From the NCBI RefSeq assembly GCF_024521635.1, contig NW_026250404.1, forward strand, positions 806,001-870,000: a DNA stretch of 64,000 nucleotides. The letters are read 5' to 3'. Shown in pieces: positions 50,647-64,000 of this stretch. Under the pieces are notes generated by a model. The model was not told the origin of the DNA. It was given only the letters and a program-made list of their open reading frames with translations, and did no database searches. The position numbers and the translations under genes are program-made. The first letter of the stretch is position 1; every line of letters begins with the position of its first letter. Origin of the DNA: Tricharina praecox (Eukaryota).

Positions 50647-52612
50647 ATGAGGGGCGAAGTAAGTTCTTCCTTAATCTCGTTTTATTTATCGCCCTATCAA
50701 GCTCAACCTCAATCGTGGCGTGTCTCGCTCGCTTGTTGCTTATCATATCCGTTCTACTGTTCGCGGAAAACTTCTCCCGGTTGCGCGCTTGAGCTTACCC
50801 CGGATTTCTTCTAGATCTGCCATCTACACATCGGTCAGGCCGGAACCCAGCTGGGTAACAGCGCTTGGGAGTTGTACGTGCTCTCCCCCCTCCTTGTTGC
50901 TGGTCGCTTCATCGTGGTAGGTGTTGTCTAATCGGCGCAATGGACAGGTACCTTTTGGAGCACGGCTTGAAACAGGACGGTCGCCCCGATACCGAAAAGG
51001 TCCGTGGGGAGGGCCAGGACAATGGGTCGTACGAGACATTCTTCACTGAGACTGGCAATGGAAAATACGTTCCGCGATCGATCTTTGTCGACTTGGACCC
51101 GTCGGTAGGATTTGCTGTCTTGGGATGCTGAGGCGGTTCGCCGGGGGAAACACAGAGCTGACGCTTTGAACCCATAGCCCATTGACGAGATCCGAACTGG
51201 CTCCTACCGACAGCTGTTCCACCCTGAGTTGCTGATCAGTGGTAAAGAGGATGCTGCCAACAACTGTATGCTGCGAAACTTATACCTCACGCTTTGCGCG
51301 GTCACACAATTTGGACCCGAGATGCTGATTCGCCCTAGATGCCAGGGGTCACTACACTATCGGAAAAGAGCTTGCCGACAGCGTTATCGATCGCATTCGC
51401 CGTGTCGCAGGTAAGCGAGCCCCACACTCCACCTAATGGACGTGTATATTGATACAAGACGCGCCTAGACAACTGCTCCAGTTTGCAGGGCTTCCTGATC
51501 TTCCACTCCTTTGGCGGTGGTACTGGTTCTGGTTTTGGTGCACTTCTCTTGGAGCGCCTTTCCACCGATTACGCGAAGAAGTGCAAGCTTGAGTTCGCGG
51601 TCTACCCTGCCCCCCGAGTTAGCACTGCTATCGTCGAGCCCTACAACGCCGTTCTCGCTACCCACAGCACCATCGAGAACTCCGACTGTACCTTCTTGGT
51701 CGACAACGAGGCCGTCTACGATATCTGCCGACGCAACTTGGATATCGCCCGTCCTTCATACGAGCATCTCAACCAGTTGATCGCTCAGGTCGTCTCTTCG
51801 ATCACGTCGTCGCTGCGCTTCGACGGTGCCCTCAACGTTGACTTGAACGAGTTCCAGACCAACCTGGTTCCCTACCCTAGTAAGCTCCCCTTCCTCCGGC
51901 TGTCAGCGCTGGAGGTGTGGTTGGATACTAAAGTCTCTCGCGCATAGGAATCCACTACCCGCTCATCAGTTATGCGCCAGTCATCTCTGCGGCCAAGAGC
52001 TCACACGAGTCCCACAAGGTCTCGGAGTTGACCTTCCAGTGCTTTGAGCCTAACAACCAGATGTAAGCTTGCTCTCAGACCATCCGCGATTATTAGCGCT
52101 GACCATACCTTAGGGTGGTGTGTGATCCCCGTGCTGGTCGTTACATGGCCGTGGCCCTTCTCTACCGTGGAGATGTCGTCCCCCGCGACTGCACTGCCGC
52201 GATCGCCACACTCAAGGCCCGCTCCACTTTCAACCTTGTCGATTGGTGCCCGACCGGATTCAAGCTCGGAATCAACTACCAGAAACCCGCACACGTTCCC
52301 GGAGGAGAACTCGCATCCGTCGACCGTTCGGTCAGTATGCTTTCCAACACCACTGCCATCGCCGAGGCCTGGGCGCGTCTCGACCACAAGTTCGACCTCA
52401 TGTACTCCAAGCGCGCGTTCGTGCACTGGTACGTCGGTGAGGGTATGGAGGAGGGAGAGTTCTCAGAGGCCCGAGAGGATTTGGCTGCGCTCGAGAAGGG
52501 TTTGTTTCCTTTACTCCTTTACTATTTAAACTAAGCAAAACTCTGACACGAAATTACAGATTACGAAGAGGTTGCCAGCGACTCTGTTGCTGAGGAGGAG
52601 CCAGAATACTAG
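50647..52612 (+). CDS. tubB: Alpha-tubulin, divergent MRGE-type (tubB / alpha-2 class), 9 exons
   Basis: [125 protein letters not shown]...EEEPEY*. Eight GT-AG introns. Confidence 0.96.
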
Positions 52613-53348
52613 ATTATTCGTCAAAACTACTCTGCAACCGTAACCTGGTTTATCGCTGTTCTGTTCTGTTCTGCTGGCGTGGTGTACTTTCTCCTTACTC
52701 CGTGTAATGTAATTCAGCACTGCAGTGCATAGCGTTGTTACTCTCTTCAACGGAGCTGGCGAGGAAGGAAATTGTCGATTTGGTTACCATATCAGTGGAC
52801 TCGGAGAGTGTGATATCGTGTGTCCTGGCATCTCAAAGGCCATCTTTGAGAAGCCAAAGCACTGTACCTATTGTCAGTCTATGAAGGTATAGGCGTCACC
52901 CACAAGAATCACCCGTCTACCTGCACGCCTGTTAAGATAAATCCGATCTTGAATCTTTATATAGTATAGTCCATCCACCATTTCCACTCCATCACACCGA
53001 TACTTGGTACCAAGAGGACGAACCCCGCAGGCAAATGACACAAGCAAACACAAGCAAGCAAATAAAACAAGAGAAAAAAACAAGCCAAAACTAAACTTCT
53101 AAACCCCTATAAAGCCAACATTCACAATGCATCCCCCTCCATAGTAATCCAGTCCAGTCCAGTCCAGTCTGATCTCTCGCAGCGAATTCTCACAAACACA
53201 TACAAACAGTAAAAGTAAAACACGCACGCACAGAACACTAAACGCAAAACATAACAGAAACAGAAACACAACGCTGCCAAATAGAAAAAATAGGTATCTA
53301 CATCGTATCTTGATCGTAACCGGGGTTGGGTGGGTGAGAGGTGTGTCT

Positions 53349-55506
53349 CTATTGGCTAGGATCACTCCACTGCCACGCCGTGAGCGCGGTAGTGTAGATC
53401 ATGACGGCACCACCGAAGACACACAGTCCACCCTCGATGACCTTGCTCAACCAGCCACGTCCGGGGTAGGCGCGCATGTGCAGCAGCGGGGGGTAGATGT
53501 AGACGAGCGGGATGCACGCGAAGGATCCGATGATGGCGACGAACTTGTCGAGGTCGTCGGCGCCGCCCCAGGCGATGAGCGCAGTGGCCATGACTACTCC
53601 GAAGCGGAAGAAGTTCTTAGTCCATTTCACCTTCAGGTTGTATTTTCCACTCTTGGGGAAGATGCCGGTTTCCATGATGCGGATGGCAGGGAAGAGCTGC
53701 AGCGGCGTGGAAAGGAGGATGGCGAGCGAGTAAAGGAATTGGACGGCGTTGACGAATTTGCTGTCTTGCGGGAGGTTCAGGATCACAACCGTCTTGGTGT
53801 CGGAACCGTAGGCGGCATAGCACATGGCGCCCATTGATACGAAGATGGCTGTGATGATGACCATTACTCCACCAAGAATCTTGGGGAACTTCTCGGGGTG
53901 CTTCATGGTTTCCTGGATGGGGATGATGAGACCAATTCCCTCGAAGGTGAAGATTGCGGTGCCGATGAAGAGGGTCCAGCTTGAGGGATTGAAGGCGACG
54001 ATATCTGCGACGCCCTTAGTCGATAGCGTGAAGATGTCAAAGTAATAAAGGTAAACGAGTCCGAGCATGATGAACAAGTCGGCGATCAGTGCTGTACCAC
54101 CCAATTTGGCCATGTCACGGATCATCGAGAATGGTAGGAAGATGATGAGTTGCATCAAAATCAGCCATTTGACGCTGATAAGCTTCTCGCCATGTGTTAC
54201 CGCAACTGTGGCACGTATTAGTTACCAGTCCTGGTCAGTGAGAGACTGCGAGGAGAGACTCACGGATAAACGCCTGCAAGTTTTCAGATGTGAAGACAAT
54301 GTATGCCGCCGCGAAACCGATCTGAGAGACAACGATCGAAGTGAGAATCAAAGACCGCATCTTCGGCCCATATAGTTGGCCGCCGATATCTGAAATTATC
54401 ATCAGCAGGTATTCCACGCGAGAAGTTCACACTGGAATCAAACCTCCAAAACTTCCTACAACCCTCAACCTGGTCCTAACCAGCAGCACAAAGCAGTAAT
54501 AGCTCAACGCGCTGACGAACAGCAGCACAAGATTCGAGAACAACATGCCACCGTTCAGATATGCCTTCGGCAAGAACAACACACCAGTTCCGACGAAACT
54601 CTTGAGCAACAACAGTATCGCCTTCCCACTCCCCGCCGTTCCGGTCGCAATCTTGCTCGGCCTCCTCACAAGACTCATCCTTCTACTACCCATCAACGGC
54701 TGAGATTCGGTCTCCTCGGGAGTAGCGTCCTCCTCGTCCACCGGCTCCCACCCTTCATCGTCCTCTAGATCCTCACCGGCGAAATGTCCATGCAGAGTCA
54801 AAAACTCGATGAAATTCCTGGTAAAGAACCCACTTCCCTCCGGTCTGAACCCTTCATTCGTCGGAGGGCCCTGCGTCCTCCTCAGAAAGTCCCTCCGGAA
54901 CCCACCAATCGATTTGATATGATTGATATCCTCGGTCTCGTGCTCTGGCTCAGGCCGCGGCAAGTGAAAGCTCATGGAGCGCCCCCGACGCGCGCCCTCG
55001 GCCGTCTGATCCACATAGCGATATATTGGGCGTGTAATATCACCGCCCAGGAGCTGCAATGACGAGAACTCCTCATCCGAGCCGTCGCCATCACCACGTC
55101 CGGACGCCGCATCATCATCTGTGACCAAGTGGCGGCGCACGATCTCGGGGTCCTCGATGGGCTGTCGCGAATCGAACGAGCCGTAGTGTATACTAGTCGG
55201 TCTGCTATCCCCAGGCGCGCCGTGGCCGCCCCCGATTGAAATCGACGGAGTCGCGAACCGTGGCGGTGTTCCGAACCGGGGAGGTGTCCCGAAGTTGTTG
55301 AACTGCGAGAGGAGATCGCGGGAGCTCTGGCCGGTTCCTTGGATCGGCGTGCCGGTGCCGGAGCCGCCCTGGAGCTGCGAGGGAAACGCGGAGCCGAGCA
55401 CGGGAGATCCGAGGCGGGCCGTTGCTTGCCGTTGCGAGGGTGAGGCGGAGCGCGGTGGGATGGGACGACCCGAGGTGTCGGAGGACATTGAGCCTGGGCC
55501 TCCCAT
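53349..55506 (-). CDS. AVT3: Vacuolar amino-acid transporter, Avt3/Avt4 type (Aa_trans family), 3 exons
   Basis: Long cytosolic N-terminus with LQLLGGDITR, GGFRRDFL, FTRNFIEFLTLHGHFAGEDL; transporter motifs LLLKSFVGTGVLFLPKAY, FIGTAIFTFEGIGLIIPI, LSTPLQLFPAIRIME. Introns near 54.39-54.45 kb and 54.21-54.26 kb. Confidence 0.92.
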
Positions 55507-57278
55507 GACTGTATATAGAGAGAAAGCGTGAAGGAGTTAAGGAGAGGATAAGTTATGTGTAAGTGCAGGAACGGGGGGGTGGGATTTGGGGGAGTGGTGT
55601 TGTTCTATGCAGGAGGGTGAGTAGAGTAGGTAGGAGTTGGAGAGCTTGGGTTGTTGTGCAGTGAGGTTGGGGGCAGAAATGCGCTAAGTCAGACAGCAGG
55701 AACTCGTGACGGCAGAGCAGATGAGCGAAGCCGGACAGGTTAGAGCGTGTTCTTATTATTCAGCAAGAAAGAGAAGCCAAAGCCGCTAATCACGAGAACC
55801 CACTCACTCCGCATTTTCCACAGACCTGTCTTCCTAGCACGTATTGAAGGGTGCTGACTCCTGAGGTATGAAGCAAGTAACTATTTCCTGAGTATGCGAT
55901 CGTGTACCTATCGTATCCCGCCGAAAATTTCAGTTAACCCCCTCGCAAACCACGACTTCCAGTCCCCGCTCGATCTTCAGGCACGCGCCCGCAGCGCAGG
56001 CAGATAGGTAGATAGATAGAGTACGCGGCAGATACGGTAACATTTTTAGAGAGCTTCGTTTGTTTCCCCTCTCCCCCCACTGTCCCATCGGCGCATCGGC
56101 CTTCGGAAAATCTCTGCAAAGACAAAAGAGGCCTCCATCGCGACGAAACAGGATTATTATTTTTATTTAACTTTCCTGTCGCCGATGCAAGTCCTTGTTG
56201 GTGGTGTCTTTCAATTCGTGCTGCAGATGGATAGATAGGGCGATGAGACGCCGAGTCGGCACGCGCTGAATCGTTATGATCTCATCAGGTGAACGGAACC
56301 CACAGGCAGTTACGACTCACTCAACGTTGTTTGTGAAACATAACCATCGTGTCCACTGTCCATCCTCAAAGTTCAATTATATATCCCACACACAACACAC
56401 GCGACTTCACTCCCTCCGGCCTCGGAAGCGCGTTTTAATCGACGCGCGCCGGCGCCTCATGATCACTCGGGCAAGAGATGACGTTTACCTGGAGCTTGAG
56501 CATTTCTCGCGGCATCGGGCAGAGAAATTCATGACATAGAGACGACCGTAAATTTTCATATTCAAGCTGTACAAGTAAAAAGTTGGCTGCTGGAGAATCT
56601 CATGCCATCGAGGGAGTCTGAGATGGTGAAGCTGTGTCGTGTGCTATTTGCAGGATAAAATAGTCGTAGCTATTGGTATCGTGAGAGCTTGTGGAAGTAC
56701 CGTACACTGGTATCTAACGTCTGATCCAGTGCCAGTACGGACAACCGTTGTAAAAACGAATAGACAGCTGATCATCTTATGACCACTTGGAAGTTTGGAG
56801 AATAGAATACGATCGATTAGAAGATACAGGTCGGCGACAAGAGTGTTCTCGAGAGTGGGACGTCCTACCGAGCAAATCGGAATCAACAAATATCACAATA
56901 CGGCCCACTTCTGGCTATCATATTCCCCACCAACGTCCACCGATCAAAACCCCACATTATACATACATCCATCGCTACATACATCCCGCTAAGACAAAGA
57001 ACTCCGTTCACGAAGCCACATCAAAACCGAACTATCTTCATAGCCGTAAACAAAAAGGAGAAAATACACTCGGTGTATGAGATCATCGAGCGCGTTACTA
57101 CCTCCCCGAAAGAGGAAAAGAAGGTACAGGAGAAAAAGAAAAAGAACAATCAAGAATCAACGAAATACCACCATTCAGTAGTTACTCCGTAACCCGTCCC
57201 CAAGCGAAGATGAATGCTGACATGCATGCATACACCACAAACATAGATCACAAGAGAAGAGTTGTTGATTTGAGACGT

Positions 57279-58263
57279 TTAATAGAAGTAAACCAGCGAC
57301 GCAGCGATGCAGAGCACCAAGGCGAGCGGGGAGCTAAGCTGGCCAGCGGCGTTATCGGCCGGATCGGAAGCAGCGGTGATGGGCTCTTCAGTGCTGCTGG
57401 CGGAAGCGCGGCGAGTGGTGGTCGAGGAAGGCGAGGCAGAGCCGGAGGCCTCGGCGGACTCGGACGCAGTGGCGGAGCTCGACTTCTTGGTCGCCGTGGA
57501 GGTGGTCTCGGAAGAAGAGGTGGCGCTGGTGGTGGAGCTAGACTTGATGCCGGCACCCTCGGACTTGATCGTGAAACGAGGAGAGTAGTTGGTCGCGGAG
57601 CCGGCAACAATCTGGATGGAGTAGTCGTCGTCACCCTCGAGCTCCTTGGGAGGAGTCCAGGTGTATGATCCGGTGTTTTCCGTCTCTGCGCGTCATTGTT
57701 AACAACCAGCCCCCCTGGTTTTGTTATAGGGGAGATCACTAACCAACGATCTCAACGACAATGTCAAGGTTGTCGGTGTCACCCTTCCTCAGGATGAGCG
57801 TAACTTTGTCACCATAGTTGGCATCCCTAAGATCGCATAATTGTTAGCGATATGCGATCGGACAAACGAGTGGCTAAGACATGGCGCGGAGATTTATGAT
57901 GGAATGATGCCTGCAATCCAGATCCCATCTGCGATTCCGCACAGACTATAAAACGTCCGACCGTCTCTCTCTCATCGCACGACGCTTGCGACACGAAGTC
58001 ACACCATTCGACGACAAATCGCGGTAAGGGCTAAGGAAAATAGACGCTCCTACGTACCACTTGATGGTGAATGGCTGCCCGGCCTCGAGAGCGACATCAC
58101 CCAGAGGCTGGCGAATGGGGTTGGAACCTCCAGAGACCGAAACACCGGAAACGGTAGGAACCGCAGCCGGAGCGGTAACGGTGGCTGGGGCGGGCGCAGC
58201 AAGACCGTAAACAGTCGAGGCGAAGGCGGTCAGGGCAACAGTGGCAGTGGTGAAGAAACGCAT
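57279..58263 (-). CDS. Secreted GPI-anchored Ser/Thr-rich cell-wall protein with Kre9/Knh1-like N-terminal domain, 3 exons
   Basis: Signal peptide MRFFTTATVALTAFASTVYG; spliced AGQPFTIKW|DANYGDKVTLILRKGDTDNLDIVVEIV|ETENTGSYTWTPP...DYSIQI...NYSPRFTI; Ser/Thr/Ala-rich linker; hydrophobic tail DNAAGQLSSPLALVLCIAASLVYFY*. Confidence 0.9.
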
Positions 58264-60340
58264 TGCTTTGTTTTGTGAGGTATTAGGGATTTTCTGAGAG
58301 AAAAAGAGTGTGTAACGCTGAAAGCGATGGATTTGTTGGTGCTGCAGGAAAGAGTGACTGAGCAGTTGGATTGATGAACGAAGGACGAGGAGAGGATGGA
58401 GAGGAAAGGAAGAGAGGGGGAGCGAGAGCCGTTGAAAGAACGGGGTGGTGGTAGGATAAGTAGAGCAAGGGGCGTCGGATGACCTCCTCCCCTTTTCGCA
58501 CTTTGTGTGAGGTCACTCGAATCGCTGTGCCTTTCTGCTGCCCTTCCTACGGTATCCGCCTCTCACTCCGCTCGCTCGCTCGCTGTGGTCGAGATGTTTA
58601 GCCGCTTCGCAAATTACACGATGCCCTGGCGAATTGAACTTAGTATTCCCGACAGGGGTTGGCCTCCCACTCTAGCAGCAGAGATGAGTTTTAGCCCCCA
58701 ATCAGGAATCACGGGGAGCATATGACTCGGGCCCGGGTGGCACGGCGAGTCTCGAATGAGAAGCTCGACATAGCTGATAAGGCGCGTGGAGGAGAAGGCA
58801 TATGTAAGGAAAGTAGGTGCTTGGGTGGAGCAAGTTGCGAGACTCGAGCAAAGCAGTTCCGCGGCGGGTGCGGGTAGTCGGGAACAGAATTCATCGTCGA
58901 GGCGGGGGACGAGGGACCCCTCGTCTATTTGGGGTTGTGTACCTGCGTCGAGTCCACCGAAATCAAATGGAGTCGGTCTAAGCTAGCGCGGGACTTTTGG
59001 GGGCCGATTGATGACCAAAACCGTTACAACCTGTGGCGGCCATCTCGCGGTGCATGGAGATCCATGGCCAATGATGTCGCCACATGGAAGGAACACCGCA
59101 GTCCTGCAGGGCCGTTTGTACCATATATACTTGTACTCTGCTTACTGGTATTTCAGTTGTAAGTATGCGTCCGTACGGGTTGTTTTCGGAATACGTTGTT
59201 TCCAAAATTCTGCATGGCTCCGACACCACTGTGGACACATCGGATGGTCATTCCAGAAACGCGGAGTCTGCGTCTCAAGCAAACCTGTAACCTTGGCCGC
59301 TTCTGCTCGGCTTTCTGCCTTCGTATGTATTGTTCTGAAGGACGGAAGGTATCAAGTGTTACATACCAGCGACATTTTCACCGCGCTGAGGAATTCGTTG
59401 CGACACGTAGACTCTTTGACACCCGATTTCAACCGTCGTCCTTTCTGAATTAGGCCGTCCTATGAGCTCATGTAAAACTTTGGATACAAGTATTCCAGAT
59501 ACTCGCAGTACACGCCGACATCGGCCGCCTGGGATATCGGCATGAGTTCGGCTATGGAAGCTACGCTGCCATGGCTCCGTTTCTGTAACCCCCGTGCCGT
59601 CCGTCGGCCTGGCCAGTGTCCCGGTTGATAGTAGCGCGCGTTGAGCAGTCATGGTGGAACTAACTGCGGGGTTCAGAAGTTAGCATGTTTGTGCAAATAT
59701 AGTTGGAGGAGAAGTCTTTTGTGCACATAGATAGCTTGAGGAAAAGTGTCTTCTGTAGAGTGAACGTCCGTAACGCAAATGGCATAAGATCCGTTTTACG
59801 GACGGATAAGGCAACTTCGGCGGATGGTCCTCAAGCACCATATTGTCGCCAAGTGTCTGGAATCGAAAATTTTGCGTATCTGTTGGTTCCCGAGGTTCAC
59901 CTGCCCGTCTTTAATTATCATATAAATGGTATCCAACTTTATGCACGCCGTTGGCCGTCTCAATTCACGGCCCGCCGCGATTATGGGGATGTGGCTCCGC
60001 ATAACGAAACACAAACCCGCCGAAGAATGGAGGCTCGGAATTGGTGTGTCTCGGACACGATTTCAGCTGTGCGAATAAGACGAGAGAGAGAGATAGAGAG
60101 TACGAAGGGAATAGAGACAGACGGTTGAAGCTCAAGTCAAGGCTTCCAGTACTCTACATGGGTTATGCAGTGTGCTGAATTAGTGGTTGCGATTCGCGAG
60201 CACTGACGTAAAGAGCGGCTGTGTCTCAGATAGGGCGAGGTTACGTGGAGCCATCCCTGAGCCCCACTATATACCTCCCATTTGCGCATCACCACCGCCA
60301 ACCCCCCACCAACTCTCCACTGCCTTGCAACGACATTGCG

Positions 60341-62026
60341 ATGTCTGAATCAGTAGCTATTGCCCCATCCGCTGGCAAAGGCAACGGCCTATTCGCCAAA
60401 ACTGCCTTTGCGGCAGGCACCGAAGTCTTGACCATCCCCGCTCCACTTGTCGTGATCGCGGATGACGCCCACCTCTCCGAGACGTGTGCCCACTGCTTTA
60501 CATGGAAACCCGAAGGCTCCATCCACAGCTACTACAGCTCTGAGACACCGCTTCAGCAGTGCACCGGCTGCAAGACTGTCAGATACTGTTCTAAGGTACT
60601 GTTGCATTCCTGTCGCACAGTCCCCCCGCACTCCCTGACCGCAAGCGATGAAACCAGCGTATAACATAGTACCTTCTTCCAACAGGCGTGCCAGCGCGAT
60701 GATTGGAGACTTGTGCACAAGAAAGAGTGCGAAATCTTCAAGAGATTACCTCATGTGCTTCCAGGCTCGGTGCGCGCGCTCAACCGTTTATTGCTCCTGC
60801 AACCTTCGCTTCCTGCCACCACTTGGGCCGCATTGATGGACATGCAACACCATGCCGCGGACTTCCAGAAGCTTGAGCATTGGGAGATCATTGTGAACGG
60901 GGCCAAGGCTGCGCATGCTTTCTCGCAGACTGGGTTACCCGAGCCCATGGTGCTGCGGTTGTACTGCACTGTGAGTGCCTGCCGCATCGTCATAATACCA
61001 CTGCTTCACACTCCTGATACACGTGGATAGATGCTCGTCAACATGTTGACATTCTCAACGCCCACACTGGACCCCATCGGCATGTGCTTTGACCCCACAG
61101 CGGCGATGGCAAATCACTCCTGTCAACCCAACGCCTTCATCGTATTCTCCGGACGTTCCCTCCACCTTCGTAGTCTCACCGACATCCCCAAGGATACGGA
61201 GATAACGATTGCCTACACCTCCACTACCGATCCCTCAAGTACTCGACAACAGGAGCTACAAACACGCTGGTACTTCACGTGCACATGTCCGGTGTGCTCC
61301 ATTGGCCCCTACGCACTAACCGACGTCTACATCTGCCCCGCCTGCAAACGCACCAGCATCCCGGACGACTCTACAATGCAATGCCCCGCCTGCAACCACC
61401 AAGCGAAAGCATTCTCCATGCCGAAAGACCTAGATCTAAGCTTCCTCTGGAGAACCGGCTACCTCGAACCAACGCGAACCCCACTGCCAACGATGCACGA
61501 AGAGACTATGCAGCGGCTCCTGACGGAGGGGGATTATAAGGAGGCACTGAGACATCAAATGCTGCTGTGTTCACTCGTGTACCCGATTTCCTACAGGCAG
61601 CCCCATCACCCTGTGCGCGTTACTGCGGACTTTGTACTCATCGCTCTGATGCTGGAGGTGCTCCACGATCCCGGCAATGATTTGATACGGTACAGTATCG
61701 ACTGGGCAAAGGTGGTGTGGGCGGGCCTGCAGATGGTGTGTGTTGCGGTCGTGGGTAGTCATGGTGAAGATTCGGGATTTGCCAGAGCGGTGCGGGAGAA
61801 GCGGGATGAGGTGAGGAAAGACTTGACGAAGGCTGGCTTCGATTGGCTGGACAAGCCGGAAAAATATCAGGGCGAAGTGAAGAAGTTGAAACTTTTGGTT
61901 AATGATTTTGTGAAGGAGTTGAAGGAGAAGCCGGAGAGCAAAGTCTCGGCGACACTGGAAAGGATGCAGGGAGATAATTTCTATTCACCGAAGGCACGTG
62001 AGGTGCTAGGCGGAAGGGGATACTAA
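60341..62026 (+). CDS. SET and MYND domain lysine methyltransferase (SMYD-like); exons 60341-60595, 60686-60970, 61031-62026
   Basis: Split SET domain: GKGNGLFA, MYND finger CAHC...CTGCKTVRYCSK|ACQRDDWRLVHKKEC, AMANHSCQPNA, EITIAY, post-SET WYFTCTCPVC. Confidence 0.94.
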
Positions 62027-62692
62027 AAGTATGTAGTGGGCGGAGAAAGAAATCTTCAGCGATCTGTAAGTAACGGATATAAAAGTCGGTTCTCTTTGTC
62101 ATTTTAGATTACGAAGCACGAACCAAGAACCGAAAGTCGCGGCGGGACGGGGATCATCAATTTATCTCGCACAAAGCCTATAGACTGGATCTATAGTCGA
62201 TTTATCCTCAGACACTCATAGGTTTTGTACGAGTGACTATGGATGATGATGTCTGCGCACATCTCACTCATTACCACCTAATGGCAACATCAATTTCACA
62301 CATGCATATCATCGTTCCCCGCTCATCCTTATGTCCTTAAGTTATGTTCCAAAGTCTTCCCCCACAGTTCTACGTGTAACTCTATCATTTTCACAAGCAA
62401 TCGCTTCACACGCGTCACATGCCAGCATCGGTTCACCATCTGGCGGCACCCTCGCCTTAGCCGACAACCCTGGTTCCCGTCGCAGCATCTCCGAGCTGTT
62501 GCCGCGCCTTCGTTGATCATCGAGCCATGTACTTTCCAACATCTTCCCCACAACTCAAACCATACGTTCTCCCTTCTATCTTCACCGTGCGAATACTACA
62601 TAGAAGTTACACCTTATCCGTCTACGTCGCCGCGACATCTTGTCACCTCCCACGTGCAAGCAGCGACCGACTCTCCATAGAAACAGCCCACA

Positions 62693-63385
62693 ATGTCGAC
62701 CCACATGGAAGCCTTCCAGGTTCGGCTTCCTCCAGCTCCGCTCTCGAGGCTTCACTAACCCCCCCTTCAGGCCGCCGCAACGCGCTTCATAATGGACCCT
62801 TCCAACCGCGAAGTCCTCACGTTAGTCAAAGGCCTTCGGAACGGGCTCGTCTACGGCACCAAGATCCGCTTTCCGCACGCGCTGGTGATGGTGGCGCTGT
62901 TCCGCTCGGGAACGGTGCGCGAAAAGGCGTCCACAATCCTGACGATGACGAAGACGCACGCGCGCACGCTGGGGCTGTTCGTGCTCACGTACAAGACCGC
63001 CATGCTGGCGCTGCGGCATCTGCGCGCCGACAGGAAGGAGATGGGCAGTGATAGCTTCCTCGCGGGACTGCTGGGTGGTTACCTCGTCTTTGGCCGCGGG
63101 AAACAGTCCAGCGTCAACCAGCAGATCGTCATCTACGTCTTTGGCCGCGTCATGTTGAGTCTGGCGAAGGTGGCCGTCAAGAAGGGCGTCGTCCCTGATG
63201 CTGAGGGAACTATTTCGGCGAATGCCTGGCCCGTGTTTGCGAGTCTCAGTTGGGCTATGGTCATGTGGCTGTTCAGGTGGCATCCGGAAACGGTACAGAG
63301 CTCGCTGCGGAATAGTATGGTGTACTTGTACCAGAATGCGGATCATTGGGATGGGTGGAGGAGCTTTTTGTGGCATAACACATAG
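62693..63385 (+). CDS. PXMP4: Peroxisomal membrane protein 4 (PXMP4/Pmp24, Tim17 superfamily); exons 62693-62719 and 62771-63385
   Basis: KGLRNGLVYGTKIRFPHALVM, HARTLGLFVLTYK, SFLAGLLGGYLVFG, VNQQIVIYVFGRV, WPVFASLSWAMVMWLF, SSLRNSMVYLY. Intron 62720-62770 has a CTAAC branch site. Confidence 0.92.
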
Positions 63386-63634
63386 ACGGGAGACGGGGGC
63401 GTTTAGATGGTTGGGAGATACACTGAGCTGTAGCACTATTGTCATGGGTTTTTCTTGGGGGTGTTGGTTTGCGTTCTGTGGATGTATATTATTGTATCAT
63501 CATCTTGTTTTTGAATGCTTTCCTCTGAATACCATCGTGACCATCTTTGCCACCTTTCCTTGTTCCGAGCTTTCGGCGGTCCCTGCAGGCCATGCCCAAA
63601 CTCTTGCATGTGCCCCATCCCTTCAACCATCGCG

Positions 63635-63642
63635 TGACGTCA
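63635..63642. promoter_or_regulatory. CRE/ATF-type palindrome TGACGTCA upstream of RPF2
   Basis: Perfect octamer about 200 bp upstream of the ATG; single occurrence, function untested. Confidence 0.25.
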
Positions 63643-63835
63643 AGTCTGAACGGGTAAATGGTCTCTTCCCAGGACCGGCCTAGCCCGTAATCCCTGGGAG
63701 TTTGAGGCTCTTCCAAAAGTTCTCGTTAGCGCCAAAAAAAAGCAGCGCAGAAGAGTTCAGTCGCAGATCTTCACCTTCGCCGAACTTCAACTCCACCACT
63801 CATTCAACCTCACGACTCAGCGCAAACAGGCAGAA

Positions 63836-64000
63836 ATGATTCGCACAACGTACCTCCCCCCGTCTTTTCTACCTGTCGGAGCAAGATTGACGTCCCTGTG
63901 TATAGCAAGCCCAAAAACGCTCGCTCGAAGCGTGCGGCCGACGAGCGCCTGCCGAAGCTGACGGAGAACCAAAAGACCACGCTGGTTCTGCGGGGCACGA
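63836..64000 (+). CDS. RPF2: Ribosome biogenesis Brix-domain protein Rpf2, 5' part (runs off the window); exon 63836-63849, intron 63850-63905, exon from 63906
   Basis: Spliced MIRTT|KPKNARSKRAADERLPKLTENQKTTLVLRGT resembles the yeast Rpf2 start as I recall it (MIRTVKPKNARAKRAL). This gene is not in the supplied ORF track. Confidence 0.88.

Noticed and set aside
42829..63385. Stop-codon readthrough to cryptic peroxisomal signals, or editing-repaired premature stops
   Set aside because: No TGA-CTA stop contexts, and the apparent internal stops in the recognised genes are explained by canonical introns.

Overview
Eukaryotic DNA from a filamentous ascomycete (Pezizomycotina). Evidence: short GT-AG introns with CTRAC-type branch sites and an ACE1/SltA-type gene; a Pezizomycetes origin is only a guess. 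The window has two very different halves. From 1 to about 42.8 kb it is a gene desert full of simple repeats, with only three genes I can support, all C2H2 zinc-finger factors: a 5'-truncated three-finger gene (1-529, +), a C2H2+C2HC gene (11131-12120, +) and an ACE1/SltA orthologue (24681-27819, -). All three carry a phase-2 intron at the same position of their first visible finger. This half also holds a ~770-bp element with 106-bp terminal inverted repeats whose mismatches are mostly CpA/TpA. From 42.8 to 64 kb it is a compact housekeeping block: mRNA cap methyltransferase, MscS-like channel with EF-hand, MRGE-type alpha-tubulin, Avt3-like transporter, GPI-anchored Ser/Thr-rich protein, SET-MYND protein, PXMP4 and the start of RPF2. 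I found no rRNA, tRNA or CRISPR array. The best candidate for something undescribed is the zinc-finger cluster with very long spacers. This is a hypothesis: no database search was possible.
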